Notes under the pieces: generated by a model
Databases searched by the model: none
Seen by the model: the letters and a program-made list of their open reading frames with translations, nothing else
What the model was told of the DNA's origin: nothing
Assembly (NCBI GenBank): GCA_003009755.1
Contig: PXUB01000032.1
Span: 81,672 to 145,671, forward strand
Source of the DNA: Thermoplasmatales archaeon SW_10_69_26
GTDB lineage: Archaea > Thermoplasmatota > SW-10-69-26
Reading direction: 5' to 3'
Length of the DNA: 64,000 nucleotides
Shown: in pieces, positions 60,216 through 64,000 of the stretch
Layout: each line of letters begins with the position of its first letter
Numbering within the stretch: position 1 is the stretch's first letter
Translations under genes and position numbers: made by a program

Positions 60216-63185
60216 TCAATCCTGCAGCTCCTCGTACACCGTATCGAGCCAATACTTCGCGATCGCCCGCTGCACGTCGGGATCGTCGAGGTAGGCCTTG
60301 AACAGCTCCTCGTTTTGATCCATCCGGTCGAAGAAGATCTCCTCGGCCCGATCCTCGAGGACGTGCGAGAACTGCTCCTTCGTGTTGACCTTGGCCGCTT
60401 TCTGCAGCTGTTCGTCGTCCTTGGCGGCCTCGCCGACCTGTTCGATCAGGAGGCGGTCGGCCTTGGTGAAGTCCCGCGCGCCGAGCGCCTCGTTGATCCG
60501 CTCGATGATCTCCGATAGCGGGGACTCGTCGTCCTCGGCCGAGCCGGTGCCGGTCTGGCTCGGTGGCTGGACGCGCCCTTCTCGGTCTTCCTCTGGTTCA
60601 AGCGATCCCTCGTGGACTTTCTCCATACGGTAGTATTCGAGGGCTACCTCATCATCAAATTCGATCTGGGGCCCCTGTGAAGGTGTTGGAAGCTGTGGGT
60701 ACAGGAAGCGGCCGAACGTGTAGAGCTTCTCCAGCTCTGTGTCCTCGTAGTCGACCACCTGGCTCTGGAACTTGTAGAGGTTGAGGAACGCTCGCAGCTT
60801 GCCTCGGAACCCCTCCTGGATCTCCTCCTCGGCGCCTTGGAAGCGGTCCAATCCCGGTTCGGTCCACCGGTAGAGCTTCGGGTGGGCCGTCTCAGCGGTC
60901 GAGATCTCGGGATCGAAGAAGACCTTGCAGAACTCCTCGACCTCCTGGTCGGTGAACAGCTGGAAGGCCTTGAGCTCCTGCTCGAGCTGGTAGACGTGCT
61001 GGGGGTCGCTTCGGCCCTCGGTCGTGGTGTACTCGTAGAAGTCCTGGAAGGCGTCCAGGATGTCCTCCTCGTCGTTGACGAAGTCGAGGACGAAGGTATC
61101 CTGCTTGCCCGGATGGGTTCGGTTGAGCCGTGAGAGGGTCTGGACGGCCTGGACCCCGCTGAGAGCCTTGTCCACGTACATGGTGTGGAGCAGCGGCTCG
61201 TCGAACCCGGTCTGGTACTTCTCGGCGACGATCAGCAGGCGGTACTCGCGCTTGGCGTGGAACTTGTCCGGCAGCTCGGACTCCTTGATGCCCTCGTTCA
61301 TCCGGGGCTCGGTGTACTCGGCTCCCTCGTCCTCCACGGTGCCGGAGAAGGCGACGAGGGCTTGCATGTCGTCGTAGCCGTGCTCGTCGAGGTAGGCGTC
61401 GACCTTCAGCTTGTACCGGACAGCCGCCTTGCGGGAATCGGTGACGACCATCGCGCGGGCGCGGCCGCCGATCTTGTCCATGACGTTGTCGCGGAAGTGC
61501 TCGACGATGACCTCGACCTTCTGCGCGATGTTGTACTCGTGCAGCTTGAGGTACGTCTTGAGCGCCTTGCTGGCCTTCTTCGTCGGCAGCTCGGGGTCGT
61601 CCTCGGCCGATTTCGCCAGCTGGACGTAGGTGTCGTAGGTCGTGTAGTTCTGCAGGACGTCGAGGATGAAGCCCTCCTCGATCGCCTGCCGCATCGAGTA
61701 CACGTGGAAGGGGACCGGCGTGTCGCCATCCTCCGGCGTCCTACCGAACACCTCCAACGTTTTCCCTTTCGGCGTCGCGGTGAAGGCGAAGAAGCTCAGA
61801 TTGTCCTGCCGACCGCGAGCCTGGGCGCTTTTCGCGAGCAGGGTCTCCCAGTCGTCCTCCCCCTCGAGGTCGATCCCGGAGAGGATCTGCTTCATCTCTT
61901 TCGCCATCTCACCGGTCTGGCTGCTGTGGGCCTCGTCGACGACGACGGCGTAGTCTCGCTCGGGCAGTCCGGCGATGTGCTCGATGACGTGGGGGAACGT
62001 CTGCAGCGTGACGACGACGATCGGCTTGCCCTGCTCGAGCTTCTCGGCCAGCTCCTCGCTCTTCGAGCGACCGTCGCCCTCGATGCCGTGCACGATGCCG
62101 CTCTTCTGCTCGATCTGGTAGATGGTGTCCTGCAGTTGGTTGTCGAGCACGGTTCGGTCGGTGACGACGACCACGCTGTCGAACACCGTCTCGTCGGACT
62201 CGTCGTGCAAGGAGACGAGCCGGTGGGCCAGCCAGCCGATCGATTTGGACTTGCCGCTACCCGTGCTGTGCTGGACGAGGTAGTTGTGACCGGGCCCCTC
62301 GGCTTGAGTGGTGTCGAGGAGTTGGCGCACGCACTCGAGCTGGTGGTAGCGCGGCCAGATCATCGTGCGCTTCTCGTCGACGACGCGACCGCCCTCGCGG
62401 ATCTTCTCGGTCTCGACGTGCAGGAACCGTTGGACGATGTCCATCAGCGAGTCCTTGGCCCAGACCTCCTCCCAGAGGTAGGCGGTCCGATGACCGCTGG
62501 GGTGCTCGGGGTTGCCGGCCCCGTTGCCGCGGCCCTTGTTGAACGGGAGGAAGCTGGTCTCCGAGCCCTCCAGCCTCGTCGTGTAGTAGGCCTGGTGGGG
62601 ATCGAGGGCGAAGTGCGCCATCGCGCCACGCAGGAAGGCCACGGCCGGGGCCTCCGGATCTCGGTCCTCCTTGTACTGCTGGGTGGCGTGGTCGACGGTC
62701 TGGTCCGTCATCGGGTTCTTCAGCTCGGCCGTCACGACCGGCAGCCCGTTCAAGGCCAGGCAGAGGTCGATCGTCTCGCCCGAGTCCGGATTGTAGGGGA
62801 ACTGGCGAGTCACGGTCAACCGGTTGGCCTCGTACCTCTCCCGGATCTGGGGGTTCAACCCGCTCACCGGCTCGAAGAACGCCAACCGCACCGTCTGGCC
62901 CGCGATGCGGAACCCGTGCCGGAGCAGATGCAACGGGCTCTGCCGATCGAGGGCCCCCTCGAGCTCGCGCAGGAACCGCCGGCGAGCCTCGTCCTGGTAG
63001 GCGGCCTCGATCGCCTCCCACGTCTCCGGCTGGGTCTCCTGCACGAAATCCACAACAACGTTCGGGAAGAAGCCGCGCTCGGCGTCGAACTCGCTACGGT
63101 CCAAGCGCTCGTAGCCGCCGTGCTCGACGAGGTGTGCCTCGATCGCGTCCTCGAAGCCCTGCTCCTCGTAGATGCGCGAGGTCAC
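60216..63185 (-). CDS. hsdR: Type I restriction enzyme R subunit
   Basis: D...NGLP...ELK nuclease motif; HSTGSGKS, DEAHSSQ, FTATP, TGFD and QTLSRLNR motifs. Confidence 0.95.
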   Translation of the reverse strand: MTSRIYEEQGFEDAIEAHLVEHGGYERLDRSEFDAERGFFPNVVVDFVQETQPETWEAIEAAYQDEARRRFLRELEGALDRQSPLHLLRHGFRIAGQTVRLAFFEPVSGLNPQIRERYEANRLTVTRQFPYNPDSGETIDLCLALNGLPVVTAELKNPMTDQTVDHATQQYKEDRDPEAPAVAFLRGAMAHFALDPHQAYYTTRLEGSETSFLPFNKGRGNGAGNPEHPSGHRTAYLWEEVWAKDSLMDIVQRFLHVETEKIREGGRVVDEKRTMIWPRYHQLECVRQLLDTTQAEGPGHNYLVQHSTGSGKSKSIGWLAHRLVSLHDESDETVFDSVVVVTDRTVLDNQLQDTIYQIEQKSGIVHGIEGDGRSKSEELAEKLEQGKPIVVVTLQTFPHVIEHIAGLPERDYAVVVDEAHSSQTGEMAKEMKQILSGIDLEGEDDWETLLAKSAQARGRQDNLSFFAFTATPKGKTLEVFGRTPEDGDTPVPFHVYSMRQAIEEGFILDVLQNYTTYDTYVQLAKSAEDDPELPTKKASKALKTYLKLHEYNIAQKVEVIVEHFRDNVMDKIGGRARAMVVTDSRKAAVRYKLKVDAYLDEHGYDDMQALVAFSGTVEDEGAEYTEPRMNEGIKESELPDKFHAKREYRLLIVAEKYQTGFDEPLLHTMYVDKALSGVQAVQTLSRLNRTHPGKQDTFVLDFVNDEEDILDAFQDFYEYTTTEGRSDPQHVYQLEQELKAFQLFTDQEVEEFCKVFFDPEISTAETAHPKLYRWTEPGLDRFQGAEEEIQEGFRGKLRAFLNLYKFQSQVVDYEDTELEKLYTFGRFLYPQLPTPSQGPQIEFDDEVALEYYRMEKVHEGSLEPEEDREGRVQPPSQTGTGSAEDDESPLSEIIERINEALGARDFTKADRLLIEQVGEAAKDDEQLQKAAKVNTKEQFSHVLEDRAEEIFFDRMDQNEELFKAYLDDPDVQRAIAKYWLDTVYEELQD

Positions 63186-63902
63186 GGTTCGACCGCCTTT
63201 GGGGGTTCGGCTTCGGGTTCAGGAGCGGGCTCGTCGTCTTCGGGGGGTTCCCAGTCGGTGACGTCGATCTGGCCGGTGACGGCGGCGGTGATGAGAGCCT
63301 GGCGTTTCTCTTGGAGGAGGTCAATGCCGGACTCGATACGGTTCTGAAGGATAGTAATGTACTCGTCCTGTTTCTCCAAGTAGTCGGCAATCACCTCCTG
63401 TTCTTCTATCTCGGGTAGAGGTACAGGAATCTCCTTCACGTCACGCACGTTTAGATGACGAACAATAGATCCTCTCGAATGGATGTCGATAAACTCGTCC
63501 AGATGCGTGTTCTGTAGGACGAACGAAAGGAATCGGGTCTTCACGGTTCCCTGCTCTGGTCGGATTAGGACTGTTCTTTGACCTAACAGAACTGAATCGT
63601 CGACAGGAACATAGCCCACTTCTCCTGCTGGAGCCTCTCTGGTGAAGACAAGGTCCCCCTCAGAGGGCCTACCCCGGGTGGTCCATTCCTCATAGGTTTC
63701 CTGGTCCGTACGCTGGGCTTGTTCGAGCAGGAGTTCCCCGTCCCTGACATCTGAGGTCCGGATGATGTGGTAGGCACCACCGGGAGCTGTAGGCGCGGTT
63801 TTGTGTTCGGAGTCAATAATATCCCTGGTCACGAACTTGAGCTTCGTTAGCTCCCAGCTGGAGTTTATCTTCCCCAAACAAGAGTCTGTCTCTTCCAGCT
63901 TT
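63182..63902 (-). pseudogene. hsdS: 3' part (one TRD plus conserved helix) of type I specificity subunit, apparently cut by an IS
   Basis: LGKINSSWELTKLK, IPVPLPEIEEQ..I and LLQEKRQALITAAVTG motifs; visibly lower GC. Upstream of about 63902 the sequence is not HsdS-like. Confidence 0.75.
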
Positions 63903-64000
63903 GGCCCTCGCCCAGAACTAGCTGGCGACGAGGAACCGGCGTAGCTCCAACATGCGAACATCGTCCGCCAGCACCTTCGTCCGAACCTCGTTGCGTCGTC
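63903..64000 (-). mobile_element. End of a probable IS5-like element running off the window
   Basis: A minus frame reads RRNEVRTKVLADDVRMLELRRFLVAS* (stop at 63918-20), resembling RRNTVLAREIVHNVRLLD* of the 12629 transposase. GGCCCTCGCCCAGAA loosely resembles that element's TIR. Confidence 0.55.

Overview
High-GC archaeal chromosomal segment with an acidic-looking proteome. Archaeal markers (AglB, LonB, Hef helicase, archaeal NMNAT) occur with bacterial-type gyrB and folB/folP/folC, which by inference best fits a halophilic Thermoplasmatota lineage. The backbone carries housekeeping genes: thiolase, a purN-folC-folP-folB cluster, Hef, tRNA-His, gyrB, nadM, lonB, prs, aglB, ltaE, lhgO, pyrC, thiC and ccdA/redoxin. 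It also has a cation-proton antiporter/APC transporter cluster. An accessory block at about 7.9-21.1 kb holds three IS elements, three large secreted proteins and an HTH + nucleotidyltransferase pair. A type I RM locus lies at the right edge, with hsdS apparently split by an IS. Two non-annotated signals stand out. (i) A family of hairpin-rich non-coding miniature elements shares ends with the resident IS630; this element family often sits on stop-codon TA sites without destroying the stop. (ii) A 251-bp unit at the gyrB 3' end consists of a synonymously recoded duplicate of the last 33 codons and a spacer built of three hairpins, resembling a minimal integrative element.
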